The notes under the pieces: model-generated
What the model was told of the DNA's origin: nothing
The model's database searches: none
Seen by the model: only the letters and a program-made list of their open reading frames with translations
Source: Octopus vulgaris
Lineage: Eukaryota
DNA: 64,000 nucleotides
Direction of reading: 5' to 3'
NCBI GenBank assembly: GCA_951406725.2
Contig: OX597816.1
Span: 37,510,001-37,574,000 of the forward strand
Shown: positions 38,688 to 53,039 of the stretch, piece by piece
Numbering within the stretch: position 1 is the first letter of the stretch
Layout of the letters: every line of letters starts with the position of its first letter
Translations under genes and position numbers: made by a program

Positions 38688-39574
38688 GTATATATATATA
38701 AGAACATATATACATGTATATCCACACATATATACATATACACATATATATACATACATGAATATATATTTACATATACATATATATATATGTGTGTATG
38801 TGTGTATGTATGTATGTATAGGTATGTATATCTGCCTGTAGATATGAATCTTTCGATAGAACTCACTCACATCTTCTACAGTGTGCACATTGGCATAAAC
38901 GAATGGGAAATGAAACATTTTCTATAATCATACTCGGATCGATCGTGTATCAGTTTTTGCATTGCTATTCACATGCACTGGTAAATAGATATCTTTAATT
39001 CAACACGAATAGCCTTGTAATACATTCTGCTTTTTTTTTTTTTTTTGTCTACATTGATGCATTTACACATGTCGATGATTCAGTTGAAAAATAATGAAAC
39101 CTTCTTATTAACGTAGTGAAAGAGTTTTAGAATGAAAATAAATTAAATTCCATTACTGTCAGCTGTGCAACTCTTTTTCAAATAATAATCGAAATGGAAT
39201 TGTTCGGTATTATTTATCTCATAGCTATTTTTGCGTTCTTCTTTGAGATTTTGTTCTCTGTTCTTTCTCCTCTTTTTTTTTTTCAACCTTCTTTTCTAAC
39301 TGCTTTCTTTTCTTTTGTCGATATATATCTTCCCTCTTGGATTTTTGACGAGAATTCCCTAAATAAGCATTGGGTTGTATTGAGATGGTTCTCTTAACAG
39401 GAATTATAATTCTTTAACAGGAATTATTCTCGAGGACAGAATATTAATGAATAGATTCCGAACTAATGCTAAATCTCTTGACATATGCTTATTTAGTCAA
39501 ACGAATTTTCCATTGATCAATGTTCAGATTTGATGATAACGATGACAATAATAATTACTAAATAAGAATTATTT

Positions 39575-39712
39575 CAAATTTAGACACAAAACCAGAAATT
39601 TTGAGGGGAAGGGGAATTGATTATATTGACTTCCAGTTCTCAGCTGGTATTTATTATCAACCCCGAAAGATTTATCGACCTCGAAAGTCGACCTTGGTGA
39701 CATTTGAACTAA
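39575..39712 (-). mobile_element. Diverged SINE B-variant fragment
   Basis: CTGGTATTTATTATCAACCCCGAAAG..AAAGTCGACCTTGG..ATTTGAACT. Confidence 0.55.
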
Positions 39713-39713
39713 A

Positions 39714-40095
39714 AGGAGCACTCCGTCGGTTACGACGATGAGGGTCCCAGCTGATACGATCAACGGAACAGCTTGCTCGTGGAATTAACGTGCAAGTGGC
39801 TGAGCACTCCACAGACACGTGTACCCTTAACGTAGTTCTCGAGGAGATTCAGCGTGACACAGATAGTGACAAGGCCGGCCCTTTGAAATACAGGTACAAC
39901 AGAAACAGGAAGAAAGAGTGAGAGAAAGTTGTGGTGAAAGAGTACAGCAGGGTTCACCACCATCCCCTGCCGGAGCCTCGTGGAGCTTTTAGGTGTTTTC
40001 GCTCAATAAACACTCACAACGCCCGGTCTGGGAATCGAAACCGCGATCCTACGACCGCGAGTCCGCTGCCCTAACCACTGGGCCATTGCGCCTCC
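39714..40095 (-). mobile_element. SINE family C (tail type 2), full length
   Basis: tRNA head GGAGGCGCAATGGCCCAGTGGTTAGGGC...GGTTTCGATTCCC. Confidence 0.87.
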
Positions 40096-40099
40096 ACAC

Positions 40100-42175
40100 A
40101 ATGATGGTAATGGAATACTGAATTGAGTGGACGAAAACAATGACTTGGAAAAGTGAACATCAGACGCGGAATATTTCAAGGTGAAAGCTTATCTCCATTA
40201 CTATTTATATTGGTCATGATACCGCTCAGATTGATATTGCGGAAAGTTAAAATATCTTACGATTTGGGAAAAGGATATGGTCAGATAAATCATCTTTTTT
40301 TTATGGATGGTATAAAGATTTATGCGAAAAATGAGAAACTGCGTGAAAAGCTTATACGTACTATTCGTATTTTCCCAAATGAAGTAGGTATGGAATTTGA
40401 GATTGAAAAGTGCGCTATGATGAAAATGAAACGAGGAAGATTTGAAGGAAGCCAGGGTATTGAACCGCGAAATAGACAAACAATGAAAGCGGTTGAGGAA
40501 GGACAGTAGTATCAGTATTTGGGGATACCGGAAGCAGATGAAATATAATATGAAGAAATGAAGCAAATTACCAACAGAGAATACACAAGGCGTGTGAGAA
40601 AATTATTGCAGTCAAAGCTGAATGCAAAAAACGTTATTAAAGCAATAAATGCAAGAGCAGTGGCCGTAATCAGATAGTGAAGGCGCATGGCACAGTGGTT
40701 AGAGCGACGATCTTATGCCCGTGAGGTTGTGAGTTCGAATCCCGGACCGGGCTGCGTGTTGTGTTCTTGAGCAAGACACTTTATTTCACGTTGCTCCAGT
40801 TCACTCAACTGTTGAAATGAGTTGCGACGTCACAGGTGCCAAGCTGTATCGGCCCCTTTGCCTTTCCCTTTCCCTTGGATAACATCGGTGGCGTGGAGAG
40901 GGGAGGCTGGTATGCATGGGCGACTACTGGTCTTCCATAAACAACCTTGCCCGGACTTGTGCCTTGGAGGGTAACTTTCCAGGTGCAATCTCATGATCAT
41001 TCGTGACCGAAGGAGGGCTCCGACCCGTAATCAGATAAAGAGTGGGAATTGTAGACTGGACCAAAACGGCATATAGAAACCTGACAGAAAAACTAGAAAA
41101 CTGTTGATAATGTATAGAGCCCATCATCTGAAAGCTAATACCAGCCAGCTGTACTTGAAGAAAGATCAGAGTGAAAGAGGTTTAATTGTTGTGAAAGAGT
41201 GTGAACAGGTGGAAAGAAGAAGCCTACTATTCTGTTTACAGAATAGTACAGAGAAATTATTAAAGACAGTGAATAAGGAACAGGTGATCAAAAGTGGAAT
41301 AGGAGAAATTCAACGGGAACACGTTAGACAGATTGAAGAGAAACCTTTGCATGGTTAATTGTGGAAAGCCACTGAACGAGTATGTGGAGCAAAATCCTGG
41401 GCTTGGTTTAAAAAAAGGTCAATTAAAAAAAGAAACAGAGATCCTAATTGTAGCAGCTCAGGATCACACGCGATAAAAACAAACAACTTGAGGAAATATA
41501 TATATAGGGAGAAGGTACCAGAAAAATGTAGAGTCCGTAGAACTTGGAACGAGACAGGGGCACACATTGCTGCAGAATGTCCCATGTTGGCACAGGAAGA
41601 ACCTAAGAAATGAAAGCATGTAAAAGTTGTAAAAGTTTTACATTGGAAGCATTGCCAGAAATGGGGATTTAAAGCTAGAGACACATGGTATGAACATCGG
41701 GTCGATAGAGTTCTGGAGTTGGAGAAATGTAAGATTTTGTGGGACTTTCCAATTCAAACGGACAAGAAGCTAGAAAATAATAGACTATATATAACAACAG
41801 TAGACAAGGAAACGCGAAGTTGTTTACTAATTGATCCATCATGTCCGTTTGATTCCAGGATCGTAAAGAAAGAAGACGAAAAAAAAGAGAAATACAATCC
41901 CTTAAAATATGAAATTACAAGAATTTGGAATATGAAATTTTGTGCCTATTTTGGTGCATTGGGAACTGTACGCAAAGATACAGACAAATGGTTGAAGGAG
42001 ATTGGAATAGAGCTTCTACAGAAAGTTTGCCTCTTAGAGACAGGAAAGATTATCAGGAGGGTTCTAAGCACTTGAAAGATTATTGAAGGCTAGAGAATAC
42101 CTAAGGAGGTTACAGATGGTAACCCGTTACCCACATAAATCCTACCAGGAATAAGACTGAACCTGAGTCAAATCA
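40100..42175 (+). mobile_element. Dong/R4-clade non-LTR element, degenerate, ends in TAA-type repeat
   Basis: IRRGIFQGESLSPLLF, NHLFFMDG, EKPLHG, HIAAECP, KILWDFPIQTDK, K.EKY..L; interrupted by a SINE. Confidence 0.85.
40677..41024 (+). mobile_element. tRNA-derived SINE family D with TSD CCGTAATCAGATA
   Basis: A box TGGCACAGTGG, B box GAGTTCGAATCC, TTGAGCAAGACACT core; TSD 40664-40676 / 41025-41037. Confidence 0.85.
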
Positions 42176-42194
42176 ATAATAATGATGATAATAA

Positions 42195-42710
42195 TTTTTT
42201 CTTCATTAACCATGAAGGGTTCACAAAAAGGTCAAGACAAAACATGACGGTACAACTTGGGGTGCTAGTTGGCAGAAACGTTAGCACGCCGGGCGAAATG
42301 CTTAGCGGTATTTCGTCTGCCGTTACGTTCTGAGTTCAAATTCCGCCGAGGTCGACTTTGCCTTTCATCCCTTCGGGGTCTATAAATTAAGTACTAGTTA
42401 CGCACTGGGGTTGATGTAATCGACTTAATACCTATGACTGTCCTTGTTTGTCCCCTCTATGTTTAGCCCCTTGTGGGTAATAAAGAAATAGGTACAACTT
42501 GGGGTGCACAAAAACATGTAAACAATGAAAAACGGTCACTCTAACCACAAGAGCAAGCCTCCTCTCCGCGTCTCCCTCCCTCATTCTACAGGTGCATACT
42601 CAGATCACGGAACATTATTGCCACTCTCATTCACCTTTCAACAAATTTGCTGTGAGGCAGCATTTCCCTCTCCACCATTAGTTTCCTTTTGGAATGAAAC
42701 TTGAAAAAGT
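42195..42710 (-). mobile_element. 3' end of L1/Tx1-type LINE (interrupted by SINE B)
   Basis: Minus strand DFFKFHSKRKLMVEREML..SKFVER* matches 52045-52140. Confidence 0.55.
42266..42490 (+). mobile_element. SINE family B with 17-bp TSD GGTACAACTTGGGGTGC
   Basis: TSD 42249-42265 / 42491-42507. Confidence 0.9.
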
Positions 42711-43128
<418 letters not shown>

Positions 43129-43566
43129 GTGGGCATATGGCTTACTTGTTTGTCAGTTGTTTGACCCTAGCCAGTTGAGCATGTCCCTTGGTAGCTGACG
43201 ATATGTTCATCTCTGATCACCAGCAGGAGTAGTGAAGGAGCATCATAGCCATGTGTGAGTTGAGAGGAATTCTTTGAGGTTTGAATAATTCACCTCTGGA
43301 AACGTGGGTGTTTCGTTCAACATCCTTAAACATCCCTTATTCAGAGATCTTTTGTGCGGGATGGGCTACTAGAGCGGAAGAAAATTCTGACTGGGCCCCA
43401 CCTGCAAGGTCCACCATGTCGCGCACATATGGTTGTGTTGCATGTGCCTGGTATGCCCTTATAAGATGGGTAGTCATAATGAGTACATTGGCTTCGTATG
43501 TTGTACCCCAGTGTCACTTACATGCTATGCACTTCTCTCTCATTCAATAATAATAATAATAATAAT

Positions 43567-43775
43567 CTTTGCTATAGACACAAAGCCTGAAATTTGGTAG
43601 GATGGGGATAGCTAATTACATCGACCCCAGTACTCAACTGGTACTTATTTTATCGAATCCGAAAGGATTAAAGGCAAAGTCAACCTCGATGGAATTTGGA
43701 CTCAGAACATAAAGACGGACGAAATGCTGCTAAGAACTTTGTCCGGTGCGCCAACGACTCTGCCAGCTCGCCGTC

Positions 43776-43776
<1 letters not shown>
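43567..43776 (-). mobile_element. SINE B variant between TAA tracts
   Basis: Head/core match; paralog at 48581-48790. Confidence 0.8.
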
Positions 43777-43852
<76 letters not shown>

Positions 43853-43854
<2 letters not shown>

Positions 43855-46142
43855 CTACTCCCAAAGAATAACGAAACCAACCTTCCAAAAAACTATCGGC
43901 CTATAACCTGTCTATCCACCACGTATAAAATCCTAACATCTATCCTGGCGGAGAAAACATATGCATTCATGGAGAAGAACGATATTTTCCCCATTGAACA
44001 AAAAGGGTGCCGCCGAGGCTCTTACGGACGCAAAGATCAACTGCTAATCAATCGTATGATCCTTGAGAACTGTCACAACAAGCGCAGAAATCTCAGCACC
44101 GCATGGATTGACTATAAAAAGGCCTTCGACAGTATACCGCATCCATGGATCTTGAGATCGCTGGACATCTTCAAAATTTCCCCTGTGATTTCAAACTTCC
44201 TGAAGCACAATATGTCGTTGTGGAATACGAATCTCCAATTATACCACTCTAATGGAGTACTTGCCTCAGAAAATATAAACATCAACTGTGGAATTTTTCA
44301 AGGTGACTCACTTTCACCTTTAATATTCTGCATAGCCCTAATACCCTTACAAGTGAATTAAACAGAACAGGGTATGGGTATAAAATTGCCAATAAAAAAA
44401 TAAGCCATCTATTTTATATGGATGACTTAAAACTTTATGGTAAAGACAATAATGAACTTGAAGGCCTATTGCGCACCGTGAAAGCATTCAGCGATGACAT
44501 CGGGATGGAGTTTGGACTTGAGAAGTGTGCCAAGGCCACTTTCCAGAAAGGGAAAGTGAAGACCACAAATTCAGTCGTGTTAGATGTTGACACAGTCATA
44601 AGAGAGCTTGAGCAAGAACAAACATACAAATATTTAGGGATAAATGAAGGCTCAGGTATTCAGCATGCAAGCATGAAAGAGAAAATCAGGAAGGAATGTT
44701 ATAGGAGAGTTTGTGCAGTCCTGAAATCTGAACTAAATGCACGTAACAAGGTGTTAGCTATAAATTCCTTAGCAGTTCCAGTTGTTACTTATAGCTACAA
44801 TGTGTTGAACTGGAATATGAGTGAAGTAAAGAATATAGATAGGAAAATACGCAAGCTGCTGAGTTGTAATAGGATGCACCACCCAAAGGCAGAGGTAGAT
44901 CGCCTTTACCTTCCCAGAGCCCAAGGAGGTCGAGGCCTGATCCAATTTGAACTAGCTTACAAAACAACCACAATTGGACTGGCCAAATATCTCGAAATAT
45001 CGAATGACTGGATGCTAAAGCTCGTGGAAAATCACGAGAGACGAAAGAAGCTTCATTCTATCATCAAGGAAAGCAAAAGATTTGCTACTGATCTCGTGCA
45101 GGATACCCAAACTGAACAACCCGAGGGAAGTACGGCAACTATTGTTGCAAAGAAGGTGAAAATGATGGCAATGAAAAAAGCGCACGAGCAATTGGCTGAT
45201 AGGTGGGAGGAGAAACCTCTGCACGGCAAATATGTGACCCGCAGCAAACAAGCTGATGTTGACCAGAAGCAAACCCATCAGTGGCTACGGAGCTCAGGGC
45301 TAAAAGCAGAGAGCGAAGGTTTCATCCTGGCTGCTCAAGATCAAAGCCTATTAACCCGGAACTACCAGGCCAATGTGATGAAAAATGGAGCAGACCCAAA
45401 ATGCCGATTCTGCAACGACATGATTGAAACAGTGGACCACCTAATCTCTGGATGTAAAGTCTTAGCACCAGTGGAGTATAAATTAAGACATGACAGAGTT
45501 GGCCAATATCTCCACTGGCTAATTAGTCGGCATTACAATATCAAAACTGCCGACAAGTGGTATAATCACCACCCTGAGGCTGTAACTGAAGGAGAAAATG
45601 TAACCATTCTGTGGGACTTTCCAGTACATACAGACCGAACCATCAAGGCCAATAAACCAGATATTGTTGTGAAAGACCAAAGCAATAAAGTTTGCTTATT
45701 GATCGACATGAGCATCCCCTGTGATCATAATATCTCAGCGAAAGAGTTTGACAAGCTCAGAAAATATAAAGACCTACTCATTGAAATTGAGAAAAATGTG
45801 GCATCTCAAGGCGGTTACAATACCAGTGATCGTAGGAGCACTAGGAATGATCAAGAAGGGAACCGAAAATTATATGAGAATGATCCCTGGCTTACCATCC
45901 CTGCAAGAAGTGCAAAAGATTGTCTTAACTGGTACATCACACGTATTGAGAAGAGCATTGTCGATGTGAGAACTGTTGCTGCTCATGTATTTTAATTTAA
46001 CTTTAAAAAAAATTTTTTTTTAAAATGAACGAACTACTGAGTTTGGTTTAATGGCCTACCAATGTATACTATGAGTTTCTTTGCCCTAGGAGTCGGGAAG
46101 ACACCCGGCAAGAAATGGAAGCAAATTTGAAAGAAGACGAAA
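43853..46142 (+). mobile_element. Dong/R4-clade retrotransposon, 5'-truncated, young, flanked by (TAA)n
   Basis: NYRPITCL, EQKGC, WIDYKKAFDS, GIFQGDSLSP, YMDD, CRFC..ETVDHLISGC, RHD, KPDIV, K.RKY (RT plus CCHC plus restriction-like endonuclease); two frameshifts. Confidence 0.93.
44418..45995 (+). pseudogene. Dong/R4 RT C-terminus plus RLE ORF
   Basis: 525-aa open frame with motifs above; true C-terminus in frame 45721-45969. Confidence 0.88.
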
Positions 46143-46327
<185 letters not shown>

Positions 46328-47391
46328 ACTACGATCAGTTTGTAAGACATGTGAACGGCAAGACAGATACAAAGGACCGGTGTCTATCGAGCAGGAGGAG
46401 TGACCTGAAGATAGAGACAGAAGCACTTATATGCGCAGCTCAAGAACAACTATCTGAAGTACAGAATAGACAACACTATCGACAGCGAAAAATGCAGAAC
46501 GTGTGGTGGGAGGAGTGAAATGGTATTGGCACATCGAACTGGCAGAAACGTTAGCACGTCGGGCGAAATGCTTAGCGGTATTTCGTCTGCGTTACGTTGT
46601 GAGTTCAAATTCCGCTGAGGTCGACTTTGCCTTTCATCCTTTCGGGGTCGATAAATTAAGTACCAGTTACGCACTGGGGTCGATGTAATCGACTTAATAC
46701 CTATGTCTGTCCTTGTTTGTCCCCTCTTTGTTTAGCCCCTTGTGTGTAATAAAGAAATAGGTATTGGCACATCGTTAGGGAATGCTCGAAATTGGCACAA
46801 CGCGAATACAAAAGACGTCGTGACAATCTGACTAGAATGAACCATTGGGAGCTCTATGAAAATCACGGCTTACAAAGAGCAAAGATGTGGTATGAGCAAA
46901 CCCCCGAAGGAGTCACCGAGAATGAGGATTGCAAAATTTTGTGGGATGCAATGATCAAGTGCAGTCACCTGACCAGACGTCGGAAGACGGACATTGTTGT
47001 GGTGAATAAAAAAGAAAGAGCATGAATGATAATCGACATAGCATGGCCCAGTGACAACAGGATCAACGTGAAAGAAGAAGAAAAAATAAACAGCTATGAC
47101 GATTCGAAGAAGGAATTACGAAGGTTGTGGTCAATGAGGAAAGTAGAGATGATACCAATAGTAATTGGTACACTTGGAAGTATCAGCACTCAACTACCAA
47201 CATGGTTAAAAAAAAATCGGTGCATGGGTAAAGGTAGAACACCTACAGAAATCAGTATTACTTGAAACTACAAGAATTCTTCGCAAGGTTCTTGAAGCAT
47301 GACCAGTAAACAAGTGCCACCTTTGTCTGTTGGTCGTGAACAGCTGACACTTTTCATCATACCCAGCAAAAGAAGCTGTGAGTTTTCATCA

Positions 47392-47392
<1 letters not shown>
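46328..47392 (+). mobile_element. Dong/R4-clade 3' fragment followed by (TAA)n, interrupted by SINE B
   Basis: CAAQEQL, KCRTCG..E..WHI..EC..LAQREYKRR.D, KILWD, DIVVV, IPIVIGTLG. Confidence 0.83.
46537..46759 (+). mobile_element. SINE family B with 15-bp TSD GGTATTGGCACATCG
   Basis: TSD 46522-46536 / 46760-46774. Confidence 0.9.
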
Positions 47393-47474
<82 letters not shown>

Positions 47475-47505
47475 CAACAACAACAACAACAACAATAACA
47501 ATAAC

Positions 47506-47569
<64 letters not shown>
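47393..47569. repeat. (TAA)/(CAA)n microsatellite
   Basis: Directly visible. Confidence 0.95.
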
Positions 47570-48204
47570 TGTCCTTCTACATATATTGTATAATGTATCT
47601 CGCCCTTTCCTTCTAATTTGTAAACGTTGTTTTTCAAACTTCACATTTTCATTTCTTTGTACCTCTTGTGAAAGTTGTGTATTTTTTATACGCCTTCGAA
47701 CTCTTGTGGTTAATAAAGAAAAGATCATCATTATTATTATTATTACTCTTTGTCGTATAGGTTGTAAGAAGTTATTACTTTCTGTTGGATAGATTACAGG
47801 GATAACAGTTGATAAAATTATGGTAGATAAAGTGCTGATGAGTGAAACTAATACATCTTAAAGCAGGTGTTGACGCAGCATCTGTCATTGAAATTATATT
47901 CATTACAATTTCTGTAATGGAATCTAATTGAATCAACTCGATGTAAGTCGTTGAAGTAGTTCTCACAAATATTTATCAAAATCTAAACTTCAGTTTCTGA
48001 GCGATAGCAATAACAAATGTTACTGTGTCTATTATAAAAGTAGGATGTCCTCAGAATTCAATATAATCACAAATGAATCTTATTCCAATGATTCCTGAAT
48101 GAACACATCCTTTCCTTTTTTAATAGTGGCGCATTAACTTACATATCTTTCTTAACAACTTCGTTATAATTTTCTCAGTCCTCGTGCTACCAATCACTTA
48201 TCAT

Positions 48205-48511
48205 TATTTTTTTTTTCTTCTTTCAAATTTGCTTCCATTTCTTGCCGAGTGTCTTCCCGACTCCTAGGGCAAAGAAACTCATAGTATACATTGGTAGGCC
48301 ATTAAACTAGACTCAATAGTTCGTTCATTTTTTTTTTAAGTTAAATTAAAATACATGGGTAGTAATAGTTCTCACATCGACAATGCTCTTCTCAATACGT
48401 GTGATGTACCAGTTAAGACAATCTTTTGCACTTCTTGCAGCGATGGTAAGTCAGGGATCATTCTCATATAATTTTCGGTTCCCTTCTTGATCATTCCTAG
48501 TGCTCCTACGA

Positions 48512-48513
<2 letters not shown>
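48205..48513 (-). mobile_element. Short 3' fragment of the same Dong family as 43853-46142
   Basis: IVGALGMIKKGTENYMRMIP.LPSLQEVQKIVLTGTSHVLRRALSM plus the same 3' UTR. Confidence 0.9.
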
Positions 48514-48580
<67 letters not shown>

Positions 48581-48581
<1 letters not shown>

Positions 48582-48790
48582 GACGGCGAGCTGGCAGAAT
48601 CGTTGGCGCACCGGACAAAGTTCTTAGCAGCATTTCGTCCGTCTTTACGTTCTGAGTCCATATTCCATCGAGGTTGACTTTGCCTTTCATCCTTTCGGAT
48701 TCGATAAAATAAGTACCAGTTGAGTACTGGGGTCGATGTAATTAGCTATCCCCATCCCACCAAATTTCAGGCCTTGTGTCTATAGCAAAG
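48581..48790 (+). mobile_element. SINE B variant (paralog of 43567-43776)
   Basis: Near-identical including diagnostic variants. Confidence 0.8.
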
Positions 48791-50644
48791 ACTATTATTA
48801 TTATTATTGAATGAGAGGGAAGCGCGTAGCATGTAAGTGACGCTAGGGTACAATATACGAAGTCAATGTACCCATTATGATTACCCACCATATAAGGGTA
48901 TACCAGGCACATGCGCGACATGGTGGACCTTACTACACCACGATGTTTTAGATAAATTTGAGCCTCATACGTACAAGTTTTGTGTCGCCTCTGTACACTT
49001 TCATTTGATTTCGACACTATTTGGCCAAGAAACTTACCCCTTATTACATAATATAACTGTGAATATATTCACTGAGTTTACGACGACTTGCATATTTATT
49101 CTTAATACGTTCCGACAGATTCGAACGCAAATATGTTAATCACTGTCACAAGAATACAGCTTTTCGTTTACGACACCTATGAGTTCATAACACACTCGAT
49201 TCATTGAAGAAAAGGATTCTAGTACACCGGTGTTTCGATATGTTGTATCAGCTAGAAGTTGTAATTTCAGTGAACAGGCTGTTCGTTGATCCATACTGAT
49301 ATCTGCCAACCGATAATAAATCGTCATTTGTACGGTGATCAGCGAGATTCGAAACAAGGACTTGTATATTCATTCTTAATATATTCCAATTCATCGTCTC
49401 GTAGAATACTCACTATTTATAAGTTTCATCCTTCAATTTAATTAGATTGATTATTACTTAACCAAATAATTGATCTAGTTTCATCTTTTCTACATATATA
49501 TTATATCGATCGTATATGAACGTATTTGTGTCGTTCAGTTTTATGTAAATTAACGGAAAATTTAAATTATGGGTATAATACTATAGTTTAAAAAATCCAC
49601 TGCAGTGAGAAATAATGGAATAAGGACAGGTGCTTAAATATTTTAGCTGTTATTTTATATAAAACAAATATCTGTGCATATATTTGCTTTATATATATAT
49701 TTAGATTTAATTAAATATTCGTTTTATATTTACTAAGAGCATGGCCGTAGTCTGAAGCAAGTAAAAGACTAAAGATATATTGGTAACATTTGAATATTGT
49801 GTTTTTTGGAGGGTAAAGATTCGGATAAAGAGGATGATGTTGATGAAGAGAACGAAAATTGGATAAAGCTCGATATTTTTAGTGATTTGTTGAAGTTATA
49901 TTCTAAATTCGAATCACAGAGAGGCATTGCCGTTACAAATGATGAATCAACAGTAGACTATATGCAAAATGGTGGGAAATCCGTTGTGGAAATTTTTTAT
50001 GAGGGATGCAATGCTGTACTGCTGTTCAAACACACCCGTCGCCTGACTTTGGTGCCTGGTGGTGCTTCAGAATATTCTGGGTGGGCACTAACTTGTAATA
50101 ATGCTAATGTGGAGTCACTATAATGGAGTAAATCTGAGCTGCACCACTGAGTAGTGAGGGGGGCAGTGCCGTCCAGTGCACCCCCTTAGCCACGGACATG
50201 CGCAAACAATTATCAGACTATGAAAGAACAAAATAAAAACAAAAGAACAAAAAGGAATCATGAGGATCGAAAAATATTTCATCGTTCCACACCTCACCAA
50301 GAAGAATCAATTATATTTGTGAAAATATTAATTATTGCTAATTCAAATTTTCAGCGAAAAGATCTATTGTTGACCTGAAGCAGATGGCAGACAGCTAAAA
50401 GATAAATGATTTAGACATTTCCTCCTTCGTTTCGTATAGTTATGTTTTCGTCAGAACAGGAAATTAATAAAATCAATACTCAAAATTAAGATGTTTAACA
50501 TCAATTAATAAGAAACTAACTCCTCTAATATTATGTCCTATTTTAAATATATACATTTACAAGTAAACGATTTTGAAATTGTTTCAGCAAGTTGCAATAT
50601 TCAGCTCCTTTATAACTTTTATAAATATTGTTACATTAGTTAAT

Positions 50645-50954
50645 CACATCACGTGATCACGTGACCGACCAGACAATCAGATGTTGTTACACATCGCTGG
50701 TCACAATGCGTTCGCATTGTTTTAGCCTTCGAATGACGCCACCCCGCTGGCTAAGCGAGCAGGCCAACAGAAGAAAGAGTGGGAGAAAGAGTGGTGAAAG
50801 ATTACAGCAGGGATCACCACCCCCTGCCGGAGCGTCGTGAAGCTTTTAGGTGTTTTCGCTCAATAAACACTCACAACGCCCGGTCTGGGAATCGAAACCG
50901 CGATCCTGCGATCGCGAGTCCGCTGCCCTAACCACTGGGACATTGCGCCGCCAC
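50645..50954 (-). mobile_element. SINE family C (tail type 3), TSD ACATTAGTTAAT
   Basis: TSD 50633-50644 / 50955-50966. Confidence 0.83.
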
Positions 50955-50989
50955 ACATTAGTTAATAAATACTTATAATTCTTTCCCAA

Positions 50990-51690
50990 AATATAAAGAT
51001 CTTCAGACAAGCATAGTAACGTATCATACTACTTTCGATGATATAACTAAAGACAACCTTTTAGATATTACCCTTAACTTATATAATGATTCATATTTCC
51101 AATACTATAAACCCTCAACTAATTTTAAATATATTAGCTTTTTCACTTATCATCCTAAGACTATTACAAGAAACTTAGTAAGAAATATTTCACTTAGACT
51201 TTCTAGATTGTCTGCTAATGTTGATATCTTTAACGATAAAGCCGATTTTTATAACTTTGCCTTACTTAGAGAAGGCTATAAAGAAAAAATAACGTATATT
51301 AACCCTATTAACATTAATTATGCTTCTATTAATCAGGACCTGAAAACACATTATAACGGTAATAACAATATAAATTTTTGTTCGAATAATAAAAATAAAT
51401 CGAAAATGTATTTTTGCAGCGTAAGGGAGATAACTGTTCCTTATTTCCTTTTATACGTAATAAAAATAAGTCTAGGACTTTTAAAGATAATTACCCAAAC
51501 AACTAGGTGGGTTTTAGTAAAACAATTTGGTTGATCATTCCATTTCGTAAGCAGATCAAATTCAACCTCCCTTATCAGTTTCGTGAAGCTAGAGATAAGA
51601 ATTTTCCAAAAAATTCCAGATTTTTTCCATTATCAATTCACACCGAATTAGGATAGGTTTTTCAAACACCAAAATCCTTTCACAAATATG
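50990..51690 (+). mobile_element. Penelope-like RT C-terminal fragment
   Basis: NLLDITLNL..YYKP....YI...YHP....N..RNIS.RLSRLS...IF.....Y..AL...GY; 51648-51687 matches 3056-3095. Confidence 0.7.
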
Positions 51691-51734
51691 ATGCATAACT
51701 CCGGATGGAGGACTACTGGTTCAAGATAAAGCCT

Positions 51735-52445
51735 ACAGGCACGGAAGTACCATCGAGTGAGACTATCCGAGATGTGCGCAGAACGACGGAAAGTGCTGCA
51801 TGCAATCGTACAATGTCCGAGCATTACTGGCAACTATTGTCCGAGCATTACTGATAACTGTTGTTGTGTGTAGGATGGATCCTATTATTAGATGAATCAA
51901 TCATGAAGTTTGACCCCCGCCCTCTTTTAAAACAACTGAGAAGACAATGCTCCTCTGTCTGCTAGCTACAGCATGAAGATTTCTGTTTTAGTCGAGGCTG
52001 AAAGGATTAAGGACAGACACTTTTATTCGATCAAGACCTCTGCGACTTTTTCAAGTCCCACTTCAAAAGGAAAGTCAGGGCAGAGAGGGAAGAGCTCTCC
52101 TCCAGTGAATTTGTCAGGTGGGTGAATGTAGTGAACATGGTTAGAATGAATTGATGAATTCTAAATACGCACCTGTAGATTAGAGAACAACATTTGGTCA
52201 GGGTGATCTTGAATCTGTGGGGTTCCTTGCCTGATCTTAGTTGGAGGCTCTTTTGCATTAAAAGGACTGCTTCATCTATGCTTTCACATAGTTTTGTATA
52301 CTAATGTATATTTGTTCATCTCATATATTCCTCATCCCCACTCCCCTTTTCTTTTTCTTTTACTGTTTTAATGTAAACACCAACACAAATTGTAGCCTGT
52401 TCTTGTAATGCTCCTTCGTCGATGCCCCTGTGGCAAATAAACGGT
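51735..52445 (+). mobile_element. 3' end of L1/Tx1-type LINE
   Basis: C..C...ESA..AIVQCP zinc-knuckle remnant, FFKSHFKRKVRAERE..FVRW; 3' end GCCCCTGTGGCAAATAAA. Confidence 0.55.
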
Positions 52446-53039
52446 TGTAGTTGTTGCTGCTGCTGCTGCAGTTGATGTTGTAAATTCCTTTAACAAAAAT
52501 GAGACAATAATAATTCCATATAAAACCTGCTAATAAATAGCAATTTTTAAAGTAATTGATAGTTAGCTTTAGTCATTTTTTCTTCATTTTGTCAATTCTG
52601 CCCATTAATTAATTATTGACGCCATAATTGTAAATGTTCACATTGTTCTTGTTGTTGACCATTATTATTGTTGTTTGCATTGTTATTGTTGTTTGCATTG
52701 TTATTGTATTTATTTGAGCTGCCAAAGTAGGTGTTATTAATCATGATGTCCTTCTACTCATTTGTTCAGTACATAGTTTTCTGTTTTAAAAAATCGAAAT
52801 TAAAAACATTTACAATGAGAAGCTACATTTGTTGTATCTGAGGTATAAAAGCAAAACAAAAATCAAAACTAAGAAAGTCAATTTGTGGAAATAAATACTA
52901 TCACTGTTATATTCTCAATATCTTCTCTAATTCTATAGTGGATGTACATACAGCCTTATTAATCCTTATAGAGAATGCAAAACTGTGTTCCTCTATAAAC
53001 GGAGGTTCGAGAACAAGCTCTACATCATATTGCTCACTT

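Noticed and set aside
40020-40095. tRNA gene (also 40682-40750, 43058-43127)
   Set aside because: SINE heads: no convincing acceptor stem and continuous with multicopy bodies, several with TSDs
47830-47860. CTGATGAGTGAAAC as a hammerhead
   Set aside because: No stem II, no pairing stem I, no cleavage triplet in register
49797-50123. 108-aa ORF as a host exon or transposase
   Set aside because: No recognisable domain or splice support; non-ATG start
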